Part shown: positions 27,236 to 40,807 of the stretch, piece after piece
Layout: each line of letters opens with the position of its first letter
Position numbering within the stretch: position 1 is the first letter of the stretch
Assembly: GCA_904063045.1 (NCBI GenBank)
Contig: CAJFCJ010000023.1
Span: forward strand, 310,001-374,000
Reading direction: 5' to 3'
Length of the DNA: 64,000 nucleotides
Origin: Dimorphilus gyrociliatus
Lineage: Eukaryota > Animalia > Annelida
The notes under the pieces: model-generated
Told to the model about the DNA's origin: nothing
What the model saw: the letters and a program-made list of their open reading frames with translations, nothing else
The model's database searches: none
Program-made: the position numbers and the translations under genes

Positions 27236-27543
27236 AACAGAGACGTAAACAGAGAAAGGGTAGAAGAAACAAACTAATGTTAATCATGCTAAAAAAATAT
27301 ATTTGTTAAAGAAGGGAATAGGAAGTAGAGGAGAGGGAGCGAGGCAGGGAACGGAGAAGAAAATTGAATAAAGTTGTAGATTTAGGAAATCGCTAAATAG
27401 AAAAGCAAGGAAAATTTATGAAATTACCTAATGTTTTATCTGTGGTACTTGAGAAAAAAATGAATTGAAGAGAAGCCGTAAAGGCGTAGAATTGATATTT
27501 CATCTTCGAACGCCGGCAGACGTTTGAAAGAGCTTCAGTTAGG

Positions 27544-28482
27544 GCGCATGCGCACAAATATCAGAATTTCTTCCAATTGGCGCCTGCCGTTCGAATTGGC
27601 AATTAAATAGCGTATGAAATGTAGCCTTTTATCTTTGTCAAAGTAAAAATCTGTATGGCAGCTAAACTGTCTGCGTTCGAAGCGCAAGTTATTCTCTCTT
27701 CAATCTTTAATCATCAAGTACCAATAAGATTTTTATTGTTTCCTCTTTCTCTAAGCTTTCTTCTGGCGTCTTATTCTAACTGTTCTAAATGTTTTATCTT
27801 ATATAGTTTTTATAGTTTGTTTTTTTTTTCTATTCTCTTATCTGATTGGCCATTCCAATGTATTTTCCTTTGTATAATTTTTCAGTAATTAACTAATTCA
27901 TTCATTCAGTCAGTCAGTCAGTCACTCTGTCTCTCTTTCTTGTCCTCCTCCTCACTCTCTCTCTCTTTCTTCCTCCCTCCCTCCCTGTCGTCCTTTCTCA
28001 AAAGTGAATCACTAGAGGTCCGCCCACCACCAACGTAACTAGGCCTAGATGAACCTCTATTAGCTTGTTCATCATTTCCTTTTTACTCATACACGATACC
28101 CTTATCTCTAATAACTCACTTCCCATACACGCATGCGCGAGCCTAGTTTCGCGCACTTTTTTGAATTACTTAATTAGGAGAGGCTAAGAATCAAAGCTAT
28201 GCGCGTGACGACATTGAATTTTAGGCAATTAGAGCACAAAGCTGCTTAACGACGCTGGCTTTTTTTTTCTGTTTATTACACGCAATTGGCAGCCTTGGGG
28301 CCGATAAGGGTAACATTTTTTTTCTTCATTTCTCCTCCCACTTACACCTCTAAACTCCCCTCCACCCATATCCATAGCTTTCAATTTTTCGCTGGATTTT
28401 CTAGAAGCGGCAGAGCGGTAACTTGTCATTGCAACATACTTCTTGAATGTTACGTATGCCGCAGACATTTGGGCGCCATTTT
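27544..28482. promoter_or_regulatory. CpG-richer promoter-like region with NRF1- and YY1-type motifs
   Basis: GCGCATGCGC (27544-27553), ACGCATGCGC (28129-28138) and CGCCATTTT (28474-28482). Splice donor-like sites point outward on both strands. Confidence 0.5.
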
Positions 28483-30507
28483 ATTGCGCCTGTGGTAATA
28501 TTCTGCATCAGTGATCAAAATATCAGTATGTATCATTGATTTCCTCCCGCCAATTCTAGTAACGCTTGCTTGATTTTTTCATTATCTTTTATAATTAGAA
28601 GAAAGCCGAAAGGTGATCGAGACTAGCGGAATTGGAAGAGGAAGAAAAGTAAGAGAGAGAGAGAGAGAGAATCTGTCTTATAAAAACTGCATATATAGTT
28701 ATATAGTTTGTATACAAGTGTTGTATAAAAACATCGAGTGAATGGCCTCGATCTAATAGCCTTTGTTTTTATTTTTTTACATTTTCATTAATACGTAATG
28801 AACCCTTGCGAATTCTTCCATTGATAAATTGATCAATTATCAAAAATAATTGCAAATGTAAAATACGTGAGCTGTCATAATTTCTCCCTCATTTTTTTCC
28901 ATTTTTCTTTCATTTTTGTTTTTATCTCTTTACCAGTCCCCTACCTTCACTTTTCTCCCTTCCTTTCCTTCCCTTCTTCTCATCAATGTTCCCCTTCAAC
29001 TTTTCCTTCTCTCTTCCACCCTTTCCCTCTTCTCCCAGTGCCTAGTTGTTGCCTATACCACCGTTAGTATTTTTTCCCCCTCGATATTGTTCATTTATTC
29101 ACTGTCGTCCCATTTCTTTTTAATTATTTAAAATATCCACCTGTCTTTTTCAATCTTCTTATTGATTGTTTTCTTTATTTTCTCTCATTTTATTCTTTCT
29201 TCTTAATTTATAATTTGGGTTAATGGAAAATGATTCTTTTAGATAAACATTCCTTTCTACTCGATTTACTCGACGCTACAACGGATAATCAATTGAATTG
29301 AAAGACTTGACGACAAAGTCACGGGCTGCATAGGTCAAAAAGAGGAGGAGAGCAAAGAAAGGAGTTGGGAAAAAAAAAGAAATGGAATTCGACAAGAGCT
29401 GGGTGTTGGTCAGTGAAAAGCAAGGCGATAAATAAAGGAAAAAGAAGAAGAAGAAGAGCAATGGTCGTTATGCATGGCTATATAAGAGAGAAAGGAAGAT
29501 CATTTCTCATTCTTACTGACATTTACACAGACGTCCAATCTGACATTTATCATTATCCTCAAGACACGAACTGCGTTTAGGACGTTGTAGAAACTACTGA
29601 TTCCGTTTCGCGGGAGCAGATGTTACCTTTCTCGAATAGAATTTACAGGTAATTGATAGGGAAACAGACGAGATTTTCAACTTTTTATTCCTTTTCTTTC
29701 ACAATTAATGAGGAAAATCGGATGTATACGAAATAGTAGTGATTAGTTTATTCCGGATAATTGATTGTTTTTTTACCTGAATCAAGCGCTAGTCTTGACA
29801 AATGAATAAAACAAACAGCCTAATAAAAGCACGTAGCTCTTTTATCCTTTATCGTACAATCAGGAGTCTCTCTCTCTCCCCATCTTTTCCCTATCTCCTC
29901 TCTTACACAATATTCACCTCTTTACCTATTTCCGTTGAAGATGCCTCTTAAAAAATGAACAGATGGTTGATTTTGTCTAATATTTTATCAGCTGTCTTTT
30001 TTTCTCGGTTATAAAAGCGATTGATTAAGACGTCTAATCGTTTGAAATTACATAATTACTCTCCTCTCTAAATGAGTAATGTGGTGATTTTTCTCTTTTT
30101 TTTTATTGTATAATAAAAACTATAGAAAAATCTGTTCATTCAATTGAAAAATGAAAGTCTTTGTTAAAATAAGCTATGAGTTATCATTGGTATATTATAC
30201 AAAGCAAATATATATATATATATATAGATAGATTAGAGAGAGAGAGAGGGAGAGGCGAAAAAGTTCTATAGAATATGTTGAAAATATACACGCACCCCGG
30301 CGCCTTTTCCCAAATATTTTATTATTTTGCCTAAAAAAAAAATCCCATTAGCAATCTATAAAAGTAGACCGAAAAAAATTACATATACAGTATACTGTGT
30401 ATACAGAACAACTTGAAACGTTTCGATCAGGTCTAAACGGATTCTTTATTTAAAGAATATAGGCACTCGATCCTTGAGGAAAGCAGATTTATTCCTTATA
30501 GATTGTT

Positions 30508-30522
30508 CCGATAGGTGGCAGC
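30508..30522 (+). promoter_or_regulatory. CTCF-like motif
   Basis: CCGATAGGTGGCAGC, one mismatch to CCDSYAGRKGGCRSY. Confidence 0.4.
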
Positions 30523-33500
30523 ACTAACAAAGGTAGGTAATTGTATTTTTCAATCGCATTAACGCAGGCAAATAATGCAATCCAAAAAAGAGATTATGGG
30601 TATTAAAATACGGTAAAAGGAACACGGAAGAGCAATATAAATCACCAACTTGAATGATGAGGTTTTATTAGAAAAACCTTTTATTCAATTACTTTTAAAT
30701 AGACGACGAAGAAAAAGATTGGAATGATTACGAGAAAGAGCGAAAAGAAAAAGAAACGAAAAACAACTACCTTACGACTTAATAGATTAATAAGTTAATT
30801 AATTAGTTAATTAATTGACTAATTAACTCAAGTTTGATAAATTTAACGCTGGCAATATTCGTTTTTCTCTTCCAATCTTTCTAGTAAACTAATTATCCAA
30901 AGTTTTTATGAGAACGGTATAGTATATAAGATCTTTCCAACTAGCAGAGATCTTGTTCTATCCTTTACCATTAGCAAGAATTGATGCTTATGAAGGTGAT
31001 GTTGATGGTGACGGTCGTGAGATGTCTAGGGGGACGTTTATGAATGAAAAAGCGTTTTTTTGATTGACAAGTAAACTGAAAATCTTTAAAAGCATTTTCC
31101 ACCGAAGGAAAACGAGCAAAGAGTATCGTTTTAAAAAGTGCAATATGCGAAATCAAATATTTTTTATGCAGCAAGCCGTAAAAAATTTGCAGGTGTTTGC
31201 TGCAAGAGATCCGATACTACTACTGGAACAGCATCTACACAGAATAAAAGCATCGGTGTAAAGAAGAGTAGATGAAAAAAGCTGTATCTAAATATAAAAC
31301 TATGTACTTAATATACAATATACAATCGCAGACTCTGTACTGCAATTTATATAAAGGGATCTGCTAATATATGGATGTGTCCGCAATGAACATATTGCGG
31401 TGCGAAAAAGAAAGCGTTTTAGCAAGATTTTTTACGGTTGTCGTTTTTATGAAAGAAAAGTGTGAGAGTGAAGAAAAACGGGGAAGAAGAAGAGAAGGAA
31501 AACGAAAATTGGGGAAAGGAGAAAAAAATTAAAAATATCCTATCAAAGATTAAAAGTATTGTAATTTATCTTTTAATCTATTCTTCTCCCTTCAACCTAT
31601 TCATAAATGAACAATTAATAAATGGATTTTGCAAAGAGATATACTTCAAGTACTTCTTTCAATTGAACACAAAGAAACGCTCTTTAATAATCAGTCATTT
31701 ATAATTTTCTTCCTCTTTTGTTTATATTATATCTAAACAAATAAGATTTGCGTTTCTAGCAAATTGACACTATTTCATGTTTCTTTTTTTACCACTTATA
31801 AAACTCATTCTCTTCTATTTTCCATCTACTAGTGGTTATCTTCCCTACTCGGCTCTCTTCAAATGGTTCTTTTCACTGCCCCTTCCCCTACCTACTACCT
31901 AACCCAACCGATATCCTCAGGGAGTAAGAGAGCCGTTTTCGATTTAATAAGCCCATAATATATAAGGGGAAATGAGAGTAAAATAGCTAAGCTAGAGAGA
32001 CCTATAATTCTTTAAGGGAATCTATTTTTTAACCCGTTTTTTATAGCCCCGCTTATTTTCCTTTCAATCCTTCTTCACTAACACCATTTCATTTTAACAT
32101 TGATGAGGAAAGTGGCACTCGCGTTTGCTAAAGAGAAAAGTACAGTATATATGGAGACTACAAGTAGCAGAAGAATAAGAAATAATAATAAATTAATTGC
32201 AATAATAATTTATTAATAAAATGAATAAAAAAGCTGATTGGTTCAAGAAAAGAAATAGAGAAAAACAAACAAATAAACAAACAAGAAAAGCTTGTTAACA
32301 AAAATTTTATCTTAACTTTGAAAAAAAAAATGACAAAATATGTTTCTGTTATCATTATTACTTTCTAAGTTTCGTTTCTGTTCTCACTGTTCTTCTCTTC
32401 TTTTCCAATGGAAAGAGAGAGACAGGGAGAGAGAAAGTTAACAGTGTATAAACAGATATATACAAGTATATATATATGTTGCTATATGCTGTAAATGAAA
32501 ACGTTAGCAAGTATCAATATACACTGTATGGTACAGTGGAATTATTTTTTACTCTATAATGCATATACTGTATATAATAAACCGGAAGGAAAAAAATTAT
32601 CATTATGAACTTGCACACACATCACAGCCGATTGCAAATGAGCTTTTTCATTTTGTTTTTACTTTTATCATCTATTAACATCCAGGTAAAACACAATAGA
32701 AACTATAAAAAGTATCGACAGCAGTAATAAGGAAGAAAAACTGGAATTGTTTGCATAGCATCAGAAAAAATATGGAGATAGATAGAATGAAATGCATCAC
32801 AGCAAAGCATTTGATCCACAAAAGAGAGAGACGCCGTATTTATTACATCAAACAAATATAAACAAAAATTTTCTCTTAATTGTTTTGTTCCAAAAGTCCA
32901 AAAAACAAACAAACAAATAGAATATAAATTGAATGTATATATAAATGTACTAAATACATGCATAGAATATATTTAGTATACAGTAAACAGAAGAAAAAGT
33001 ATTGCATTAACTGCAATTTATATAGTGATTATCAAATGGTCATTCTTGAGAAAGTATTTACTCACAGACTCAACAACTTGACTGGAACTGACGTTGTTTG
33101 AATATTTTAAACGAATTTCATTTCTTTCATTTTACTTTAATAGAAACAAAGTTGTAAATGATATAGAGTGAAAAAAAAAAGCATTTCCAATAAATAAGGC
33201 GCCAACACAGTATATACTGCATATATATTACATGCAAAATACACATTGTATATGATAAATACTGTATATACATGAATTTCACAATTTTCTTTATATATAT
33301 ATAAAGAATAGACTGTTTAAGCACACTTGAATAATTGAATTCTTTTTATCTTTTTTATAATTTCTTCTTTGTTTTTTAAGTGCTTTATTTTTTTTACTTT
33401 TCTCTTGTTTCATTTATCGTACAACATAAGATATATTAGTATATATACGAACATATATACATATATATATATTGCAAAACATTTACATCATATATACTGC

Positions 33501-34038
33501 ATATATACTTTTTATGTTATAGAAAGTATATATTCTAATTTTGTACGTTTATAAAAGAACAGGTACGCTTACGATTTTTTAACTAATTACCCTTATATTC
33601 CCTTGGAAAAATTTTTTATATTCCTTTTTTTACAATTAAACCAAGCAAAAATTTCTATTTCAAATCAATTTTTTTTTCTCTTCTTTTATCTTTTCTAATA
33701 GGAAAACATTAAATTTTTATTACTTCTACCCTTTTCCTCGTCCTTATGGAGACATTATGTTTATAATATTAAAAATTGGCTAAAAAAAGGAATACTCTCT
33801 ATGCTTTCTTAGACTGACAAATGAACACTTTTTGGATGGATGGAAGAAGAAGATACATGAAGAAGTGGAACAGTCAGAGTACGGATGAGTGGAGGAGGAG
33901 GAGGAATAAGAGAAGGAAGAAAGAGAAAAACGAACAGTAAATGAGAATATACGAGATACAAAATTACCCAATAACTTAAAACTTGTGGAAATAAATGATA
34001 TAGAATATCATTCAAGAGAAAGGAACCGATGGAAAATG

Positions 34039-37000
34039 CTAATGGTTACTTTTGTCCAAGTGTTGACGAATTTGCGTACTATTCAATGTTATAAATGTAC
34101 ATTTTAAACAATGAAAATGAATACATTTACCGCTATATGTACATTTGATTATTTCTTTTACGTGTTCGTCGCATGGATCTCCTGCTTTAACTTTTACGAA
34201 ACCCGCGTCTTGAAATCCATCAACTGCTTTATGAATATTTCTATGAGCAACAACTTTACCTCTGTCCGTACAACTAAAATTGCAACGTATACAATGATAA
34301 TGAGCTTGAGATATGTTACAATCATCGTCTGGACAGCTTTGATGAGATCGTATGAGCTTAAAGTCGGAGCCAATAACTTCATCAATTTTCTTGTGCCTGA
34401 GCAAGTGTTGTTCCCCCTTTCCCTTGTCGGTGAACGAGTAAAGGCAATCGGGTTTTGAACAGTGATAATGCGATCCCGAGAGACGATAGCTGCATTTCTC
34501 AACACTGCAGTCGTCCGAGAATTTAAATTTAATAAAACCGCCTTCGGATACTTCTTGATCCTTTTCTACTTTTAAATTTGACCTTTCGGCTAATTTTTCT
34601 ATAAGGGGGTTTTGACTAGGAGGCAACTCTAACTTAGGTCTTTTAGAGGCAATAGATAAATCCAAAGCCTCTTCGCTAATCTCTTCTTTAATGAACTTCA
34701 AAGTCTTATTTTCGTTATGGCTGGTGTTGTTGTTGTTATTATTATTGTTGCTACTGTTGGTGTTGTGATTGTTATAGCTATTATTATTGTTATTATTATT
34801 ACTACTATTCGCCTTTCTCTTAGTAGCAATGCCCACTTTAGCAGCTGCATCATTACTATTACTAAAATTATTAACATGGCTGTTGTTGTTGTAAGCGTTC
34901 TTATCGTTGTTGTTTGTATGATAATTGTTATTGTTATTGTTTTTAACCATAGTTGTTTGTGTATTATCGTTGATTGGCACGTTGTGTTTATCAACCACAT
35001 GAACTTTTAATTTCTCTTCTTCACTATACGTCTGAGAACAGTATGAACAATGAAAGTGTAGTTTTCTCTTCATTTTACAAAATGGTTTACCGCAACCTCT
35101 ATCGCTTGTATATTGCATAGAAACTTTTAAAGATTCCCAAGAATGCTTAGCTGGTGTTTCACTGGCCAATTTATTATCTTTATCGACGTTAATAACAGCC
35201 GATTGCAATTGTTCGCAAATCACAGCTTTCTTAGCCTCTATTGCCTCGTGAATTTCATGCTTTTGACTATGATGACTCATTGTAGCCGGTCTAATAAAAC
35301 TATAATCGCACTTTGATCTGGTACAATGAAAGTGCTTATTGTTCTTATTATTGGGGCAATGGGCTCTTCGACAATCAACTGATCTATCAAAATACTCGAA
35401 TCCTTCTTGAATAATGACCTGACCGTGGAAAGTCTTTGCATGTAAATCTAAAACGTCAAATCTATCGACAGCCGTAAAGCATCTCTCTCTGACGCAATGG
35501 TAATGTTCTATATTGTGATAGGGACATTTATAGTCGGGACACGATGATCCCCCTTTCACGAATTTCTCAAAGCCAGATCGAATCCAAGGAGCCACACCAG
35601 GATTTCTAGCGTCATTCAGCCACTGAAGATCGGATTTGGTGGGAACTCTGGGAACTTGGGGTATTTCGCTCTTTGGATATTTTGGGGGTCTACCCCTTCT
35701 ACGGGAATTGGAAGATTCTTTTAGTGTATTCCTACGGCCTGAACGAGATGAAGAAGCATCGTGCATCCTATAATGATCCAATCGGGCAAAAACATCGCCG
35801 GCTGACTTGACTATTTCATTACACCGATTCTAAATTAATACAAGTACATTAGTAGGGAAAGGAAAAATAGGATGAGGAAAAAAAGGTCTCTTACGTGTTG
35901 ACAATGATAATGCTCCTCGTTAACTTGACAGTCTTCAAAAGAACAAGGAGAACCAGGAAGAATATGTTGAAAAATCATACTAGTAATAACATCTTGATTT
36001 TCATGCAGCCTAGCATGTTCCCTAACGCCATCTTTACTTCTAAAAATTTGACCACAAGAAGGAGTTAAACAATGATAATGGTCTTTATATAAATATTCGC
36101 ATCTTGATGTACATTTATCATTTGCCGTATATCTTGCTAAATACTTTTTCCAATTTTCATTCTTCTCCTTCTTTTCATTTATAGAGGGTATTGTCTTTAT
36201 ATTAGGAATAACTGCTTTAATTGATAAATCTGAGTCGCCTTTGCTGTCTTTTAACGTATCAATTGGCAAGGTTAGCGAATCATTTAAACCGGCATTGGAA
36301 GAGATAAGCTTTTTCGATATTTTTGTCATTTGTTCTCCCGATATTCCCTTAATCCCGGCTGTATTATTTGGATGCTGTTGTTGTTGAAAATGGCTTGGGC
36401 TAATGCTATTGAGATTGGGAATTTGAACAGGAAGCGTTAAGTTTGCTAAGAGGTTTGGTTTTTTATCGCTATTATCGATATTGAGCATAGGAAATAGTCC
36501 CATTTGAAGGGTTGAAAGGAGAGATTGAGATGGTTGATGAGCTGGAGGCTGTAGTGGTGGTGGTGAAGTAGTTTCATTATTCTGTTTGGACGAAGGATTA
36601 TTGGTAGATTGTTCTTCTTCGTCAGTTTTTTCTTCATTTCGTTCGTGTTTACGTTTGTGAGAGTATAGCTGGCCAGTCGAGTGAAGAATGTAATCGCAAC
36701 CCGGACGGATACAATGAATGTGGTTTATTACTTTTGAATATTTACACTCGGAGAATCCACAATTTTCGTACTTCATAAATTTCTTGAATCCATCTCTCGA
36801 AAGAATTTCATCCTTTTGATGGTAAACCTTATGCTTTTCTGTAGTTTGTAAAGATGACGACGATGTCGATGGTGATAATGGTGGGGTAAAAAAATTATAA
36901 TTAATTAATTAACAAATCAACCAATCAATTAATGAACTAATTAACAAAATCTAACTCAATTAAAATAAATCAATTATATGGAATGGTAATTTAGGAAGTT

Positions 37001-40000
37001 CTATTAAAAGTCTCCTAATAGATATAAACGTAAGAGTATATATACATTATATATGTATATATTTGTACATTACGACTGCAATATGCAGTATATACAGTAT
37101 ATACTGAATATTGTTGGGAAACTTAGAAAAAGATACAGTTAAGTTTATTCGCTATAGCTTTGTTTTTATTTCAACATCTCTCTCTACTCATCTACCTATC
37201 TTACTACCTCATCATCTCTTACCTCTCTCCTGTCTTTCTCTTAATCTCTTTTTCTCTAGGTTAGGATTACATATTATACAAGCGGAAATTTGTATTTCCC
37301 TTTTTTCTTTCTATATTATACATTTTTCATTATTGACCACATACGAATAGTAATTATTCTCTCGCATACTAAATAATAGCACGTTATAAGATTTTTCATA
37401 GCACTTACCCATATCGGCCTTGTTTTTAAATGTGAACCCGCAGCCTTCTCGGAGACAATGGAAATGAGTTGTTCTATGACCTTTAAAGGCGCAAGAGGGC
37501 ATTCCACAATCTTCTGTAGCACGAAATCTTTGAAAGCCCTCTTGTAGAATAGCCGAATCTTTTCTATGAAAGTTTGAATGCATCTGAACGTCACTTGTCG
37601 AAATGTAAACTTTAGTACAAGAGGGATGAAGGCAATGATAGTGAGTTTGTCGACCTTTATGAATGCAAGGTTGCAATTTTTCAAATCGTCTTGTACAATC
37701 GTCGACTGGAGAATAACGAAGGAAACCAAAGTTGAGAATTTCATCTCTCTTCTTATGCCATTTAAAATGACGTATCATTTCTTCCTTCTTCAAAAATATT
37801 CGATCAGCAGAGTCGCCACTCTCGATACCATCGTTAAATTCATTAGCATCCTCTTCTTTGCAGGAATTACAATGAAAATGTTCTTTAAGTGGAATACACT
37901 CGGTACGACCGCATAATTTTCCCGATTCGTATCTTGTAACGTATCGACTATAATCTGGCATTAAACTATTTTTCTGTTCAATTTCCTCAGGCCTATAAAT
38001 TGTCTTGAAATAATTATCAAGATCTCTCGAACTGTTAGGAGACTTGGATCGTTCAGAACCGGAATTTTCCGTATCGTCGTCCTTTTGCCATTCTACAAAA
38101 GGAGGAAAGAGAGAAACGATTAGGATGATATCTAGTTTAAGGATCAATAGGAATAAAGACTGTTAGAATAAAAGGAAACAAGTAAACAATTCAAGGCCAT
38201 TGAACACCGTTTCATGACAACGTTTTGAACATTTGAATAAATTAAATTGAAAAAGTACGCAGATAAATACATAGCTATAAGATATTTTATATATATATAT
38301 ATATATATACTGTACATAAACTGTATGTATGTTTAAGTACAAGTCCAATTGCATATATTAATATATGCCAAGATGAAAATTTTTATTAGATAATATCTAC
38401 TAAACATTTTCCCGTTGCCAAGACGAACAACTGAATATTCAGGCTATTGAACAATCGACAAATAAATGTTTGAGAACATAGCAACCATTTAATTCCTTCA
38501 CTCCCGACTTTTTTAATATTTCATAAGCACAAATGATCAATAAATGAAATCTTAAAAATGTATTATATATAGATACGCCACAGTTTTTTACTCTTTCGGA
38601 TATATTTCAATAGAATATCATATCATTTTGTTTATATTTATTATTGAAGAAATATCTTCTTATTATACCATAAGCAGATCTATACGGTGCATATATATTT
38701 ATCAATGTTCCTCATAGAGACGTATTCCTTTTTTTTGTTAATTTTTTTTCCTTCTTTCACATAATTAATTAACGGTTAACCGTACTTAAAGAGAGACGGT
38801 TCATCCGTTTTTATTATTAATACTGAAATGGCTAAACTCTTGTTCTAACTAGAAAAGAAAAAAGGAAAAGAGAAAACAAAAAAAAAAGAGAAAAAAGAAT
38901 ACTTCTCTGTGCTCGAATATTGAAATATGCATGCACCGCATACACAGCTATAGTATACAAAATCATAGTAGAAATAATCACCCAAAGAAGCAAGACAATA
39001 GGAGAGCAACTCGTTCAAGAAGAGTCTGATGATATACTAATTAGATGAAAGCTTTCAAAAATTATTTTTATACATATATAATAGTTAAATCTAATAGAAT
39101 TAGAGAGTTATATGGTGTATTTGTAGAGCTTTGTCGGAATAAAACTAGCTCTTTTCCAGCCGACTAAATAACCGCCTTGTGTACATGGTAACCATGGAAA
39201 CAGATTGGCGGCCGTTTGTCGTTAGCCGTTCATTGATCCATTCATAATCGCTTATTACTATATTTCCGCGCCGTGCTTTTATAGGTAGAATCAATAAAAA
39301 ATTTCCAAATTGTAACTCGAATCAAAAATGGTAAACAGCTGCATAAAGATTAAAACTCGACTATAAACATTTCTCTTTGAAACGAATATATACCAGTTAA
39401 ATAAAATAATACGCAACTTTGCTCGACTATTTGATATACAGCGTATATTCAGTATATATATATATTGGTGAGTGTGCACGCATTCATGCATGTGTAAGAT
39501 ATTGCACATAAACATTTCGTGCACTGTATACTAAATCCTGTTGGAGATTTATTACACGTTCAATTTATACTGAAAGAAAAAAGAGAGAGAACTGCGTCGC
39601 TCTATGCATTTCCCCTATTTTTTAATATATCAACCTGATAGGTAGGCGAAGGGAGTGAAAAATTATTATATTTTCGTATTTATATTCCCTATGCATCTTA
39701 TATCCGTATACTGTATACTATTTATCATATATTTTCCACTTTTTAAAGCATAATACTCTATTAATTCGAAATACAATAGACAATAGAATAATAGTACTGC
39801 ATTCAGCTTACGTAAGTGTTTATCATTTTTTTCCCCTATAAAGAAGAGCAATATGTACAGTGCATTGTCTAACGTTTATACACTCTTTTTATAATATCAT
39901 ACCAATGTGTAGTCAAATAATTTTAAGTATATTTATAAATATTATTTACAAAGATGGCTGGGAATTAGTAGCCTATCTAATACACTATATTGCAGCTGCT

Positions 40001-40752
40001 AGTAGCATCCTCTGATAGATACATACAGAAACGGCATTTCGTAATTTTGAAAATCCTACCAAATTGTATCTCGCATGCAGCTGTCACAATGACAAGTTGT
40101 TTCCATGGCAACTGATTGTTCACGTGGGATATCGAGGCAACCTTTTATAAATATTGGCAAAATCGATCGAAACGAACTTGGGAGAGTTTCCCTCTGAGCT
40201 ATTACGTAATACATGAAAAGCGTTTGGCGCTTTAAATTTCTTATTAATTAGTCAGAATTAATAAATGAATGAATGAATAAGTTACGTATAAGTTAGATAG
40301 GGAGAAAAGAAAGGAAGAGAGGATAGGAATGATGAAAGCAGGAGAAAGTGTATTTTCATATATAAATATATATGTCAGTCTGTGTGCATGTGTGTGTGTG
40401 TGTGATTGAGTGATTTAGAGATTATATGAGAGAATGAACGAACGAACGAATGAACTAAATTATTTTCACTAAATAGATTCATGCTGCAAAGAGTAAAACA
40501 AAAAAAGTAAAATAATAATTTTTCAAAGCATTGTTCAGGTTATAAATAAATAAAAAAAGTATGATTTTACTGAGAGAAAAAAGATTAGAATTTAATAAAA
40601 ATTATCTGCAGTAAAGGAGCCATTATTATTAGAATGTTGGTAAACAAATAGAATAAGTGATAAACAAAGATATTTTAAAAAAGAAAACAAAAAAGGGAAT
40701 TTTGTCATTTTTACATTTATTCCGTATATATAAGAGATAATGAGTAAATTAG

Positions 40753-40807
<55 letters not shown>

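Noticed and set aside
30790-30830. TTAATTAA-rich quasi-palindromic tract (similar at about 36900 and 53450)
   Set aside because: Low-complexity AT repeat and not a perfect inverted repeat; no evidence for a MITE.
34111-35010. Plus-strand ORFs and off-frame hydrophobic ORFs (34111-34458, 34717-35010, 34698-35000, 34194-34505)
   Set aside because: These are shadows of Castor exon 4; the Val/Ile-rich reads come from the poly-Asn codons.
37316-37916. ORFs 37316-37744 (-) and 37578-37916 (+)
   Set aside because: Alternative-frame and antisense shadows of the conserved Castor exon 2.
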